A stretch of DNA of 63,373 nucleotides, counting the filler, from Rhizaria sp. SCN 62-66 (lineage: Eukaryota), in NCBI GenBank assembly GCA_001724265.1. It is 10 parts of 10 records of this genome, joined end to end, with 100 filler letters (N's around TTAATTAATTAA, not from the genome) between each part and the next. Parts side by side here need not be neighbours in the genome. Positions count along the whole stretch, not along the records: positions 1 to 5,044 come from MEDY01000646.1; positions 5,145 to 11,963 come from MEDY01000647.1; 8 more parts are not named here. One strand, given 5' to 3'. A program made the position numbers and the translations under genes. A model generated the notes under the pieces. That model had not been told where the DNA came from, did no database searches, and worked only from the letters and a program-made list of their open reading frames with translations. Below, one piece after another: positions 1 to 11,953 of this stretch; the stretch's first letter is position 1; each line of letters opens with the position of its first letter.

Positions 1-116
1 CAGGAAAACGAAGTGTGTATACACGAGAAACGCCACCTTTAAATCGCGACCGGCAAAAGCTGTCGACTGGAATTTTATGCAGAATGTCGACGGTAACATG
101 GTGTCAGCGGCAATTG

Positions 117-310
117 CCAAAGCCAAGGCTGAGCAGACTGAAGACAGTAAGTAAAGACACATGCTAATAGGGTTTCTTGTGACGCACGACATGTGAGAGA
201 GTCCCTCTATGTAAAATCTCGCGCGTCACAGTTCTTTCGACCGATCATTGATAATCAAATATATAATTTGCATATTCGTTTAGTTTAACAAATTTCATTA
301 ATAAATATTA
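117..310. repeat. Copy of a transposon terminal-repeat-like sequence with a small MITE-like insert
   Basis: gccaaggctgagcag..gacagt and gaccgat..ttgataatcaaatatat also occur at about 32139-32245, and inverted at about 31040-31165. The insert at about 178-229 has inverted ends (tgtgacgcacgacat / atctcgcgcgtcaca), and its core recurs at about 18051-18092. Confidence 0.65.
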
Positions 311-1559
311 ATGTATGAACACAATTTAATTACAAAATCAATTTCCACCACAAATTGTTTTCGATGACTACGGATATTATTGCCCCCCGTAGCTAATGAC
401 ACCTTGAACGTACTCGTACCACCAACACCGAGCGAGCTTCGGGTTGAGGTAGGACCGATATTGTTGACAGCTGTAATATTAATAAGTCTTCTTCGCCCTC
501 GCTCGGGTGATTATTGTTAAACTACTTAAGCTTACTTACAGTATTAAAAAACGGGCAGGTTCCGAAAAATCCGAGACGAGTTAGAAAAATTACAAAACGG
601 GATATCACGAGAGCTTAATATATGTTAAGTCCTGTACCGGTATTGATTTGTAATCTACAATAGTGTTGCATGTTGAATGTCTTTATCAGGCGCGCGTACG
701 CTTAATTGGGTCGTTAAAAAACCGTGAGCAAACAGACCGAGGTTGTCGCCGGCTGGTCGTCGGCCTTTGCCCAGCCCCCTCTAACTAAAATCAACGCTTG
801 TCAAGTCCGTATGTATCCCTCGGAGTTTTAATGTGGCTTTTCGAAGACGTGGTTGTTGTTTCGCTGTTAATGACGAAATAGCTTGAGTTACTGTAGAAAG
901 GCTGATGGAGCCAGGACATCTTATTAATAGTCGCGGATGGTTGAAACAAGACGGAACCGGATCGTTGCTATCTTCACGATGCCTCTGAGAGTAATATGTA
1001 GCTACAGTCGATATGCGCATGTTTTTAAGCTATAGTACTTATTTTAGTTGCTGTATGAATTAAGATATGCCTTGAACTGCTCCTCCTGATAAGAATTATT
1101 CGCTTCTCTATCTTCAGCCTGCTCTCCTTTGTCCTATGTCGAGAGAATCAGTCTTGGCATGTAGCTGTACTTAACACAAGTTCCAATTAACAGGGCAACT
1201 TCCGTATCTTAATGCATCAATCATCGCCTTAGGAAGGGGGGTTTTAGTTTGTTTCCCGGTTCATGACAGTCGCAAAAAGCGACTCGCGCGTCACTCGCAA
1301 GCTTTCCTCCATCATGACGTCGTCTATTGCAAAGCGAATTGTTCTACGCGCAGAGTGACACCAAACGTTTTCAACAGAGTTTAATCTCATGACCACCCGC
1401 ATTTACTTTCCATATTGCCCTGTTTTATTTCCGTAGCAACGTAGTTTTATCCTCAATTCGCCCCTTCAAGCTACTGACGCTCCTTTTCTCCGTTGTCTGC
1501 GTCACGACTTCGTGCGCTCTGACAGGACACGTGAACTCGCCATCTCACGCTCAAACACG

Positions 1560-4500
1560 ATGGGCGCCTTACGAACGGCAATAACAATTGCCGTGGTCTT
1601 TCTTTTGGTTGTGATCCTTGCTGTGCTCCCCAGCTCCGTCACTGCCGTAGCTGTAGCTTCCAATGACGACGCGATGGAGAACCCGTCGTCTGAACGTGTT
1701 TCTCCTGCCTCTCGCTTTGTCAATGCGCCTAACGAGAGCGCCGTTAATCAAAGCGGGCTGCTTGCGAAGCCTGCAACATTAACTGAAAATGCAATCATAA
1801 GTAAGGGCAGCAGCAACAGCAATCTCAGTGACAGTGCTCGCCCCAGTCGCAACAGGACGACAGAGGAGTTTACTCTCGCTGCACTTCAAACGGGTAGTGA
1901 TGTGCCACCATTTAGTCGACGCAATCTCCTGGTGAAGCACCAGCAGCAACAACGCAAGTTACAGCAGCATGGCAAACAAGACCGTTTTAGCACTCAAGCT
2001 GCGGCAGCCGGCTTAGTTCATGGTTACCGTGTTACCTCCGCCATCCAGTTTATTACAAGCGGCCAATCAACACTAAACAGCTACCGCTACTATATGGCAG
2101 AGAATCTAATATCGTTGCAATGCACAGGGTGCAGCAGTGTTTCCATTTATGCTGGTTGGACAATGTTTTACGATCAAGCGGTTGCATGGGGGGATGCGTG
2201 CACCTCAGCCTCGTTCGTCATGGAAGCTGACTGTGACTCGGATTCTTGCACGGACTATCCAGCAGGCTTGAAATTGACATCTTGCCCATCTACCCAGACC
2301 AACGCCAATCTTTTCTGGACGAGCGCAATATCAGGGTCATACGACGTAACGTTCAAAAAGGCGGGGTGCAACTCAGACGCGTCCTTTTCCACTGTCCACG
2401 CATCAACAGTCGCTACGAGGTACTCGATTGTTGGAGGCACTGCAATGGCAGCTTCTTCGTCGTTGGCGCAATATGGGGCGTATCAGCTTTCTGTAGCTGC
2501 CACTTCTATTGGCAGTCCTCGCAGCGGCACGGAAACCTCATTTATTCTTGAAGTGAGCATTAGGAACATCATCGAGCGAACGCTCGCATTCGTCAAGGCA
2601 GGATATGAAGCAGCTGATACGAACCCATACTACTATCGAAATGTATATAGTGACTCAATCGTTGATTTTGAAATCGACATCACCAGTAGCGTTGGGGCTC
2701 TCGTCACAAGCCTAACTTACATTGCTGTCAACCACAGCTACCTCCCGTTTGCATCGCAATTTTTGACTGAGTCGAATGAAGCTGCTATCCAATCTATTTT
2801 TCTTCTCGAGAAGCGATCCAATACCTAGTATGTATTCCGCCTTAATTTCGGTTATGCGTTCTACAAGCATGATCCGGCAAGATCCCTCACACTCCGTTTT
2901 TAGGCCACAACTATCAACGCTTTGTCAACATATTCTTCTGCATCTCTGGTTGTGTCCGCGCGGCCATCGACTTACTATACGACCGCCACAAATACTCAAG
3001 TTTGGGACTTCTTTTCATGCGGCAACTACGCCGCGAGCACACGGATCTACACTCCAGCGCAGCTTTAGTTCAAAGTTGAAGGCTTTGAGCAATCTGGCAC
3101 TTATGAATCAAACAATCTCCTCACCGCGGCCTTTACCACGTGGATTGGGGCAGGTGTAGAGTCGCTCTTTAGCAGTGTGGGTGGTGTCCGCGGTCACATT
3201 CGTTTCTGTGGCACATCGCCGGTGTTTTTCTCGTCCTCCTCCACGATTATGAACTCTGGCTGCACAACGGTCTCGTCTGCTTCTACTCACTTCATCTTTA
3301 CTTGTACCACTAGCGGTGTTCTCGGATCAGGCAAGGTTGAGCTCAACATTACAAACGTTCAGTCCCCAATGAGCTCGGGTGCTCCTTCAATTCCTGCGTA
3401 TTGCTTAATGATTCACTTAACCTCTCAAGCAACCGCGGGCGTCCCTGTGACGGTTGCGACATCACTGTCGGCGCCGATTATTGCCAAGATGAGCACCATG
3501 ACATACTCGTACGCACCAAGCGCGTTGGTTCTGGCTCCAGGGTCCTCAAACTACACTCATGCTGTTTCTACATTTGCTGGCACTTTTAGCATCGTGGTCG
3601 GCGAAGCCCTTTCCGTTGGATCAAAGCTTGTTTTGATTGCAGCAGATTCGAGTACCTTTGACTTTACTTCTGTGACTACCGCAAGTAGCACCACGTGTAC
3701 AGCTGTTGGATCAAGCACTGAGCTTACAATCACTCTAGTTCAAAACAAAGCTGTTGGGTCCACGCTTGCATGTGCTCTGGCTAATATGCGTGTTGTGTTT
3801 GCCAACACTGTTGCACGCGTGTCGATAAATGATCCTTATGTAATCAGGAAGGATATGCTAAAGATCACGTCGCCATTAATTACAACCGGCATCGCCGCAT
3901 CAAACAACCTTGTTCTTCGTGCCGGTAGTACCGCCGCCTATTGGTTTCATATGACGCCGATAGACCGCGTTCTTGTCCAGGGCTCTGTGTTAGCGACATC
4001 GCGCCTGTTACAAGTCTCCATGCGCATATACTTTTATGCCACCAACCCCAGCGCAAGCGTCATCTCTTACACGGTAACTTCTTTGTGCAGCGACATTACA
4101 ATTGTCACACCTTCCAGCTCCGTAACGCCATCGGGAGACTACCGCGTCACGGAAGGAACAGCCACGTCCATCAGGTTTGACGTCACCGCCTCGGCGCGCT
4201 ACTCGCTCGACCTCGCCTGCTTCAGCATGGGGACTATCGCACGCGCTGTCGCTGCGGCGCAAGCGGTCTCGGCCTACTCGCGCCAGCTTGACTTTGTGTT
4301 CTACCCCGTGACCGCAAGCCTCGCATCTGGAATTAGTCTTACCGCTACCACACATGAAGCTGCAATTGTTAATCTTGAGTATGAAGTTTTGGTTTATGCC
4401 CATACAGCACTCGCTGCAAACTGGGGCTTTACATTGACCATGCAAAGCGAGATTGCACTGCGAGCTGTGGTCACCACCAGCACGGCTGCTATCACGTCCT

Positions 4501-5044
4501 ACACGGCCGGCACCGGACTCACCAAGGTCACGTGCACAGTCAGCCGCACTAGCGCAACTGTGGCTGCTGTGAGCAATTGCGGCGCCATAAGCGGATCCGG
4601 CAACTACTACGCGCCCCGCGTGTTCCGTTTTGGCCCCGTGACCGCGACGTACGGCAACTATCTGGCAATGTTCAAGACTTACAGCACAGCACAAGGCGCG
4701 CTGGGCACAGTCTCTGGCGTCAGTGTACCTCAACAGAACACAGACATGTCCGATGACTCTATTTCAGCAGCAGATTCAAAACCGAGTGCTGTCGCTGCGC
4801 TTTCCTTGACACGTGTTACAGCTGCAGCTGTTTCTGGAGCCACAACAACTACGCCCACCGTTACAGGCTCATCGCGCCAAAATTATCTTGTGCGTGTATT
4901 CTTCTTTAAGCGCATATCGACTGCTACGGTTACGTACACTTACACTGCATCTTCAGGAATGACATCCAACTCGGCGGTATCTGTCGGCACTTGTTCAGGC
5001 TATGCACAGGGCAGTATTAAATGTTCGTCATCTCTTACACCCGC
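1560..5044 (+). CDS. Large secreted or surface Ser/Thr/Ala-rich protein (>1160 aa, 3' truncated), one frame with three internal TAG codons
   Basis: Hydrophobic signal peptide (MGALRTAITIAVVFLLVVILAVL). ORFs 1512-2828 and 3177-5096 are in the same frame, and the gap between them is open except for TAG at 2826, 2901 and 3066. Composition stays the same across the gap. Confidence 0.75.
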
Positions 5045-5144
5045 NNNNNNNNNNNNNNNNNNNNNNNNNNNNNNNNNNNNNNNNNNNNTTAATTAATTAA
5101 NNNNNNNNNNNNNNNNNNNNNNNNNNNNNNNNNNNNNNNNNNNN
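5045..5144. other. Artificial contig linker (N44-TTAATTAATTAA-N44), first of nine
   Basis: The same 100-nt linker occurs at 5045-5144, 11964-12063, 17710-17809, 25444-25543, 32340-32439, 39202-39301, 44571-44670, 52424-52523 and 57659-57758. Adjacency across linkers has no biological meaning. Confidence 0.98.
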
Positions 5145-5154
5145 AAAAAGAAGA

Positions 5155-5225
5155 TGCGCTGCCCGGGACTCGAACCCGGATCTAACGCTTGGGAAGCGTC
5201 AATCTTACCCCTAGACGAGCAGCGC
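5155..5225 (-). tRNA. tRNA-Gly(CCC)
   Basis: GCGCTGC/GCAGCGC acceptor stem, GACGC-TTCCCAA-GCGTT anticodon arm, TTCGAGT T-loop, followed by an oligo-T Pol III terminator. Confidence 0.95.
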
Positions 5226-6289
5226 CGTCCTTGATTTGCTCGAACAAACCTAGAGATGCACTTTTAGTGCGAATTTAATGTATACAAATAATTAACTTTT
5301 GATGTTGTTTATTCAATATTTGTATGAAATCTGTCTATATATTGGCTAGTCTTTGACTAAAACGTTATAGTTGATATGTATAAGTTTATTGCAAAATGTG
5401 CAGGCAAGTTTCTAAGTTTGAGACCTCGAGTATGGCAATATAATTGCATTCTGATGTTGTGCTGATGTCGTTACTACTAGTACTAGTAATCTTCGACGTC
5501 GTGAATGCACTCTACAACATTATATTTTGGCTCTTGGGTATTAATACATTTAGAATCGTCAACAAAAATGCCATATCTGATGTAAGTTTGTACATTTATT
5601 TGATTTGCCCAAGTATTGGTTGCAAAAAGCTTGTCCAAAGTTTGAGTAGCTTTTCAAGTGGTAGTAGTACTAGTACTAGCACTTGAGAAGCAAGTGTGAA
5701 AGAAACCGAGCTAATCTGAGGCAGCATTAAACTCTTAGGCAATTTTAAGGATGTTTAGTTGCTTTGATAATACTGTTAGGTTCTTGATATAGTTTCTGTC
5801 TTGTTTCAACTCGAGTTCACCAAAGAACTACAACTTGAAGCAGTAAAGTTTTGCGTGATCTTTTCCTACGCTTCTCCAACTGTTATAGTAATCAGTATTC
5901 AAGCCAGATTCAAGTTTATCTTCATACTCTTGCTTTTGAAGTCGTTATCTTTTCAGTATCGAGAGCGTCAGTTGCTGTTGATGTTACCACTGTCACGCAG
6001 CTTGACAACTGCTGAGACACAAGTGACAATGTTGTCAAGAGGAACATGATTTAAAACATCATTTGAGTAACACTACATAACAGCAGTGATGATTGGACCT
6101 ACAACATCTCGTGTCATGCAAGCGGAGGAGCACGAATCAAACTGCGCGAGCTCTGTATTGCGTTAAGATGCAACGCTTGAGCGAATTTACTCTGCAATCG
6201 CCAGGATCCAGGCGTTATGGGGAGCAAAAAGTAAAAGAGACGACTTCGTTGGAAGAGACAGGCAGGCGTTGGGTGGACAAAAAAAGAAG

Positions 6290-6361
6290 CTCTCTGACCG
6301 GGAATTGAACCCGGGTCTCCTCCGTGACAGGGAGGAATACTAGCCACTATACTATCAGAGA
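6290..6361 (-). tRNA. tRNA-Asp(GTC)
   Basis: TCTCTGA/TCAGAGA acceptor stem, CCTCC-CTGTCAC-GGAGG anticodon arm, T-run terminator. Confidence 0.95.
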
Positions 6362-7068
6362 TTACTGGGGTAAATGCCAAATTTTAGTATATAAATTAGT
6401 TTATATTAAAATTTATTTTTATGATATCTTGTGAATTTCGTCTGTATCGACCGAAAAAAACTTCTTATGATGAATTGACCGCTTAATTTTATGTTTCAAC
6501 AAAATTGCAGACATAACTGAAGCTGTTAACGCAAAGAGAAAGCTCGTCAAATACTGTCACGACAGTTCATCCTGTCATTTGCGCTACTGTATCACCGCAC
6601 ATCGACGACAATGTAGCTAGACACGTCATATCGTTATACCATCATTAATTATGACAATATGTTATTTAAGCCGTTTGAGCATTAAACATATCGAAGTTTT
6701 AGAGCGACTCTACTGCATTATGCTAGTTATTATTAGTACTAAAATGTTACTAGTACTAATACTACTACTAGTAGTAGTATTAATACCGTCGTGTCACCCA
6801 CGCACTGATGGTCTTGATACCAACAACAAAGACATCGATGACAGACGTGCGTTGTTCGTTGCAGCCGTCAAATGTAGGCCACAGTCACTGCGGGAGGTCA
6901 CTGCTGCAAAATCTGCAACAAAAGCTGAACCTCCGTAAGTCTTGTACTGTCGCGCGTCCTGGGTTTATGTAACCGAGCATCATCAGCAAGGCCGGGGCAA
7001 AAAGATAAGCGGTCGCGGCCACGTTTGTTTGCGTGTGCGTTGGGGAAGGAAGACTGAACCAAAAAAAA

Positions 7069-7141
7069 TTCCCACTACGGGACTTGAACCCGTGTCTCAG
7101 CAGTGAGAGTGCCGTATACTAACCACCTATACTAAATGGGA
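7069..7141 (-). tRNA. tRNA-Glu(CTC)
   Basis: TCCCATT/AGTGGGA acceptor stem, CGGCA-CTCTCAC-TGCTG anticodon arm, T8 terminator. Confidence 0.93.
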
Positions 7142-7226
7142 TGCTTGTTGTACAAAGAGGACCAGCCTGGAGCAGAGCAAAGGGCAAGGGCGTGAGGGAA
7201 AGCGATAACGTGGAGGAAAAAAAAAG

Positions 7227-7298
7227 TGCGCTATCCGTGAATCGAACACGGCTCTAATCGTTGGCAACGATCAATCATAACCACTAGACCAATAGCGC
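7227..7298 (-). tRNA. tRNA-Gly(GCC)
   Basis: GCGCTAT/ATAGCGC acceptor stem, GATCG-TTGCCAA-CGATT anticodon arm, TTCGATT T-loop, T9 terminator. Confidence 0.93.
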
Positions 7299-7890
7299 CA
7301 CATAAACAGACGAATCTGCTCAATTAGATGTCTGTTTTTGTCAAATCTAATATTTAAATACTATTAAAATTGTTTCTTTAAACGCAAATATCTCTCTGTA
7401 ACTATGTTCCACGGTCAAATTAATGCTACTATAATGACAATTACATGTGATTAATAATACTTTTGGTTTTTCTCTTGTAACTCTTAGGTACTCGGAAACG
7501 CATGTACTAGTACTAGTACTAGTAAGTTTGACTATCCGAAGATTTGCTCACAATAGACTGCTGTGTCCAAATTAAAAGACTGTATTTGTTCTCCATCATA
7601 ACGCAAATGCTTATTTTCTTTAGTTTTCTTGTGTTTTTTTCAGCATCAGAGCGCATGACATCAATCTCAGAATCCACCTTCCCCAGTCGCGTGTTGTTTA
7701 ACAACATAGCATCAAACTCACTTACTCTGACTCATGACGTTTCATTGATTTGACATTGCAGTTGAGTCGACTCACAAGTCGCAATTCAGAGTTAGCACAG
7801 CAAAGGATGACGTTACCACTTGTTGTGCAGGTTAGTGAGCCTGTTGCTAGAGTGCGTTGGCACCAAGTACATGCTTAGAGCAGAGGTGAC

Positions 7891-8181
7891 TTAGTTGTTG
7901 CGACGGTTGGACTGGTTGCGGTCCTGCGACGACTGGTTGCGGTCCTGCGAAGACTGGTTACGGTTCTGAGACTGTTGCGAGCGACCCGCCTGTGCCTGCT
8001 GCTCGTTCTGCTGCTGCTGGCTCTGGGAAGACTTGAGGTTGCTCTGCGCCTGCTGCTGCTGGCGGGAGGACGAGGACTGCTGCTGCTCGTTGCGGTCGCT
8101 GCGCTCGTTGCTGCGGTTCTGAGCGCGGTCGCGGTCGGAAGACTGGTTCTGGTTCTGGTTATTGCGAGGAGCCTGCGACAT
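7891..8181 (-). CDS. Small Q/N/S/R-rich disordered (hydrophilin or prion-like) protein, 96 aa
   Basis: ACC-ATG start and strong GC3 codon bias (CAG, AAC, TCG, CGC) inside an AT-richer spacer. Internal NQSSQDR repeats. Composition changes sharply at the TAA stop. Confidence 0.6.
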   Translation of the reverse strand: MSQAPRNNQNQNQSSDRDRAQNRSNERSDRNEQQQSSSSRQQQQAQSNLKSSQSQQQQNEQQAQAGRSQQSQNRNQSSQDRNQSSQDRNQSNRRNN

Positions 8182-9896
8182 GGTCTTGTGGGGTGCTGTT
8201 TAAGTCAAAGTAGAGCAAGAAAGGCAAAATGAACAATTTGTGAGCTGAGGAAAGTATGTAACAACTTGAATTAGTCAAAAAAAGCACTTAAAACAAGGAT
8301 TATTAATGCATAGCGCCAAAAAATAGCAAGTTTCCAAAGTCGTAGATCACATCTGACACGGCGGAATCAACGTCAAAAAGATCAAGTAGAATTAGGACAC
8401 AAAAACAAGCAAGTCAAAGAGTTTCCTCAAAAGAATAGACTTGTGTTCGTGTCTAGCGTCAAAAGAAATAAGATTAAGACTTAGACACGATTAGGAAATG
8501 CGAAATCACATGTTTGAAGTAAACGTGCAAATCTTCCCTCGCCCACCGCCACCGCGGAAGCCGCCTGTGACGTCAGTCAGTGAACAGCCCAGACTCACAG
8601 TGACTGTGAGCATATTGCTTAAACTAGCATATTTCGATCGTTAAAGTGTGTTTTCTGTTATCAACACACTTGAAATAAATTGTTTTGACTATTCTTGTTT
8701 CTACTTTGCGATTTAAGTGTTGCTTCCTGAAGTTGTCTTTCGTGTTGCTAACACTCTTTGAAGCAGTGAACGTGCTTGCAAAGCTGAATTTGCAATGATA
8801 TACTTTTTTTCTGGGAGCAAAACTAGAAATCAATTGTAAACTGTGATATTACATTATAAATCTAAACGTTCACCCAAATCTCGCATGTCTTATTGATAAA
8901 CAGCAACAACAAAAACCCCTATATTCAATATTGTGCATAATTATAAAACCTATTGCTTCAGAGCGATACTCTGTCCTACAAGTTTATACTCTAAGTTTCA
9001 AACAAATTTTATATCATTCTATTTTAAATGGAATTTCATTTCAATATATTTCACTTTCCATGTTGCATATCTTGTTGAACGTACAAGATCTTCTGGTCTC
9101 ACATCACGACAATGATTTACAAGAGTATAACCACTCAAGATAAAGATATTTACTTATAAAACTCAAGTATCCGCTTGGTAGTCTGCCTCTGTTTTTTATA
9201 TGTGCGCGCAATAAACTTTGGAATCAGAACAAGAGCGTTACAGATATCATTTGAGTGTTACTCCTTAACTCTCGTTGACAATCAAGATCTGTCTGTGCTT
9301 TCACGCTCCTTCTTGACAACAACTCTGAAGATATATTACTGTGCACATAGAGAGATATTGTGCGCGTCTTTTGTTTTAACATGGCAGCTGTTCGTGTATG
9401 TTGTGTCGTAAGCCATTGTGCAAGGCACGTCGAGCTGCGTACTAGTACCTCGTCGAAGTGGAGTTCCTGATGACTAAAGTTTTACAGACTGAAAGGCGCC
9501 TCTCTCTGCTGTTCAAGTTATCTGGGACTTTCTTTTTATGTCAAAGGTGTCCATAGACTCACAGCTGTTGTCGATGACTCCGTCGTCGTCGACATCAGCG
9601 TAAGTTCCTTTAGCCTCAGTAGCCGCGCAAGGGTGACAGGCTCACAACACAGTTGCTTGTGTGAGCCAGTCCTCGCCCGTGAAGCCCGTTTTGCACTTGC
9701 ACTATATCAGATGAGATCATGTCAGATCATGCTAGCCTTCGCAATTGCTCATGACGTTAGCAAAGAGTTTCACGTGACAAACGCGTTGATGTGTTGTGTC
9801 TAAACTGTAATACGCTTTGATCCCTATTATATAAAAGTTTTTGTTCAAGTTGACACACAGCGACGTGTAAGTACCCCCTTACAGTGTCTATGTACA

Positions 9897-9969
9897 TCCC
9901 ATTTAGTATAGGTGGTTAGTATACGGCACTCTCACTGCTGAGACACGGGTTCAAGTCCCGTAGTGGGAA
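9897..9969 (+). tRNA. tRNA-Glu(CTC)
   Basis: Inverted copy of 7069-7141, followed by a T-run. Confidence 0.93.
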
Positions 9970-10466
9970 TTTTTTTATGCACGGGTCCAATCAGGCCTTC
10001 CGTGCAGCGCGCGCTCACCACCCAGCGCAGCCCGCTTGCTGTGTTGGGCCATCAACGCTTCCTTTTTGCTCTCTCTGCTGCGTGCCGTGCCTGTACGCCT
10101 TTGCTGTGCACCTTACGCGCGCGGGCACAGCTGCTGACGTGCTCGTGCGCTCCGCAGCTCGTGACTTGTGCCTGCACTGGTCTTCCTTGTTGCAAGATGT
10201 CCAGCAGCATAATCATTCAGCACAACAGAGCAACGTGTCTTTCAAGGCGATGTCTGTCAGCACCAGGTGACGTCAAGGAGTTGAGCGTGATATTAATGCT
10301 GTGATCTTGTTTGTGAGTAATATCGCAGAGCATGATGTGGCGACATAAAAAGTTGGCATAATGCAGTGAGTCAGCTTGAAACTTCGATGTGTGGCATAAT
10401 CAAACAGCCTGAGCAACATATCGCGGAACTTGACTTCGGAATTGCGTCACAGCGCTGGCATCGCGA

Positions 10467-10533
10467 CTAGTACTACTAGTAGTACTACGTAGTACTAGTA
10501 CTGCTACTCGTACTACTGGTAGTACTAGTAGTA
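10467..10533. repeat. Palindromic (TAGTAC/ACTAGT)n microsatellite, one of several in the tRNA spacers
   Basis: Similar tracts at about 5473-5488, 5662-5681, 6735-6783, 7505-7524 and 11642-11680. Confidence 0.8.
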
Positions 10534-10741
10534 TCGCATTCATTGAGCTCTAGCTTGAAGATTAATATGTCAACGTCAGGCCATAATCTATATGATGAAT
10601 TGTAACACAAAAATACAATATTAATAATATATTACGAAATTTGCGTTGTCAGATTCCCAACTCACCGTCACGAGATATTTTAAAAAAAATAATTCAATGC
10701 AAGATATCTTATATATTAAATTTTGTCCGTTACTCCAGTAA

Positions 10742-10813
10742 TCTCTGATAGTATAGTGGCTAGTATTCCTCCCTGTCACGGAGGAGACCCGGGTTCAATT
10801 CCCGGTCAGAGAG
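10742..10813 (+). tRNA. tRNA-Asp(GTC)
   Basis: Inverted copy of 6290-6361. Confidence 0.95.
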
Positions 10814-11882
10814 CTCTTATTTTTGCACCTTACGCGGCCCGAACACACAAGTACACGCGCTGTTATTCTCGCCCTCGCGAACTTTTTTTTGCTCATCGAT
10901 GCGCTCTCGGTGTTAAGCTGGTTCACTAACTTTTTGCGCATCGCATAAGCAACAAGATGTCGGTTCGCTGTTGCTTGTGACTGTGTGACACTGTTGCAGG
11001 CTCTCAGCACTGTTAGCTTGATGTCCTGATGCTATCTCGCGTAACAAGAATTGTGTGACTAAGGCATCAATGCTACGACACGCAATTCGTCGAACAGTTG
11101 CTGTCATGAATCCTAGTTTGCTGGAGAGTGCGACAGCAAAGAATGACAGTTGCTCGTTGCTGCACTCACTGTCACTCATGACTGAGTAGACGGAATTTCA
11201 GCAGTCGACAGTGACGAGAACGAGTCAAACGACTCCGAATCGTGCCTGAAGAGTCGGAATGTACTTTAGTAAGTCAAAAGGTTCGATGAGGATAAGGATG
11301 TTGATGAAAGCGCAACAAATAACCACAGAAACGTGAGAAATATCGAGCAGCGTTGGGTAAATGAGCTGTGACCGTTAAAGTGGCGTGATACTGTTAAGTT
11401 GGTTTGATGTCAATGACCATATAGTGAGTTTCCAACTCAATTTCGTCCGACGAAATTGTGCAACCTGAAAAGTTGCACAAAATCTTGACAAGATTTTTGC
11501 AATGGATCCTCAGGTGAAACACGTGAGATGTTAATATAAGACAGTCTATGTGCTATTATAAATAATTTCAAGCAAATCAACACACAAAAACGAGACTTCA
11601 TAGTTATACTAGTAACAGCCCTACAGCAAACCCAAAGTGAAAGTACTGTACTAGTAGTAGTATTAATACTAGTAATAGTTGAGGTTTCAAACTAAGCGTA
11701 TTTGCAAAAAAGTTTAAAAGAGTAGAAAAAAATGCAATAACCTGTATTATCAGCCGTTAAAAAGACCCTATACGCTGTTTGTGCAATGAAAACAGTTTCG
11801 TTTTAAACGTATTTTAAACAGTATTATATAGTAAATTCGCCTTATCAGTGCATCTCTGGTTTGCTCGAGCAAATCAAGGACG

Positions 11883-11953
11883 GCGCTGCTCGTCTAGGGG
11901 TAAGATTGACGCTTCCCAAGCGTTAGATCCGGGTTCGAGTCCCGGGCAGCGCA
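11883..11953 (+). tRNA. tRNA-Gly(CCC)
   Basis: Inverted copy of 5155-5225, ending in TCTTCTTTTT at the contig end. Confidence 0.95.

Noticed and set aside
2828..2903. GTATGT...TTTTAG intron that might remove the TAGs in the contig 1 gene
   Set aside because: It is 76 nt long; splicing recreates TAG at the junction and shifts the frame, so it does not rescue the gene.
5089..5100. TTAATTAATTAA palindrome repeated nine times at 5-8 kb intervals
   Set aside because: Artificial all-frame-stop linker embedded in N runs.
6114..6380. Two ORFs sharing TPVISDSIVASIPPCHGGDPGSIPGQRA (also 10723-10929)
   Set aside because: Translations of the duplicated tRNA-Asp gene.
7519..7740. SNARE-like helical fragment on the minus strand
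   Set aside because: Short, with no transmembrane tail or clean gene structure.
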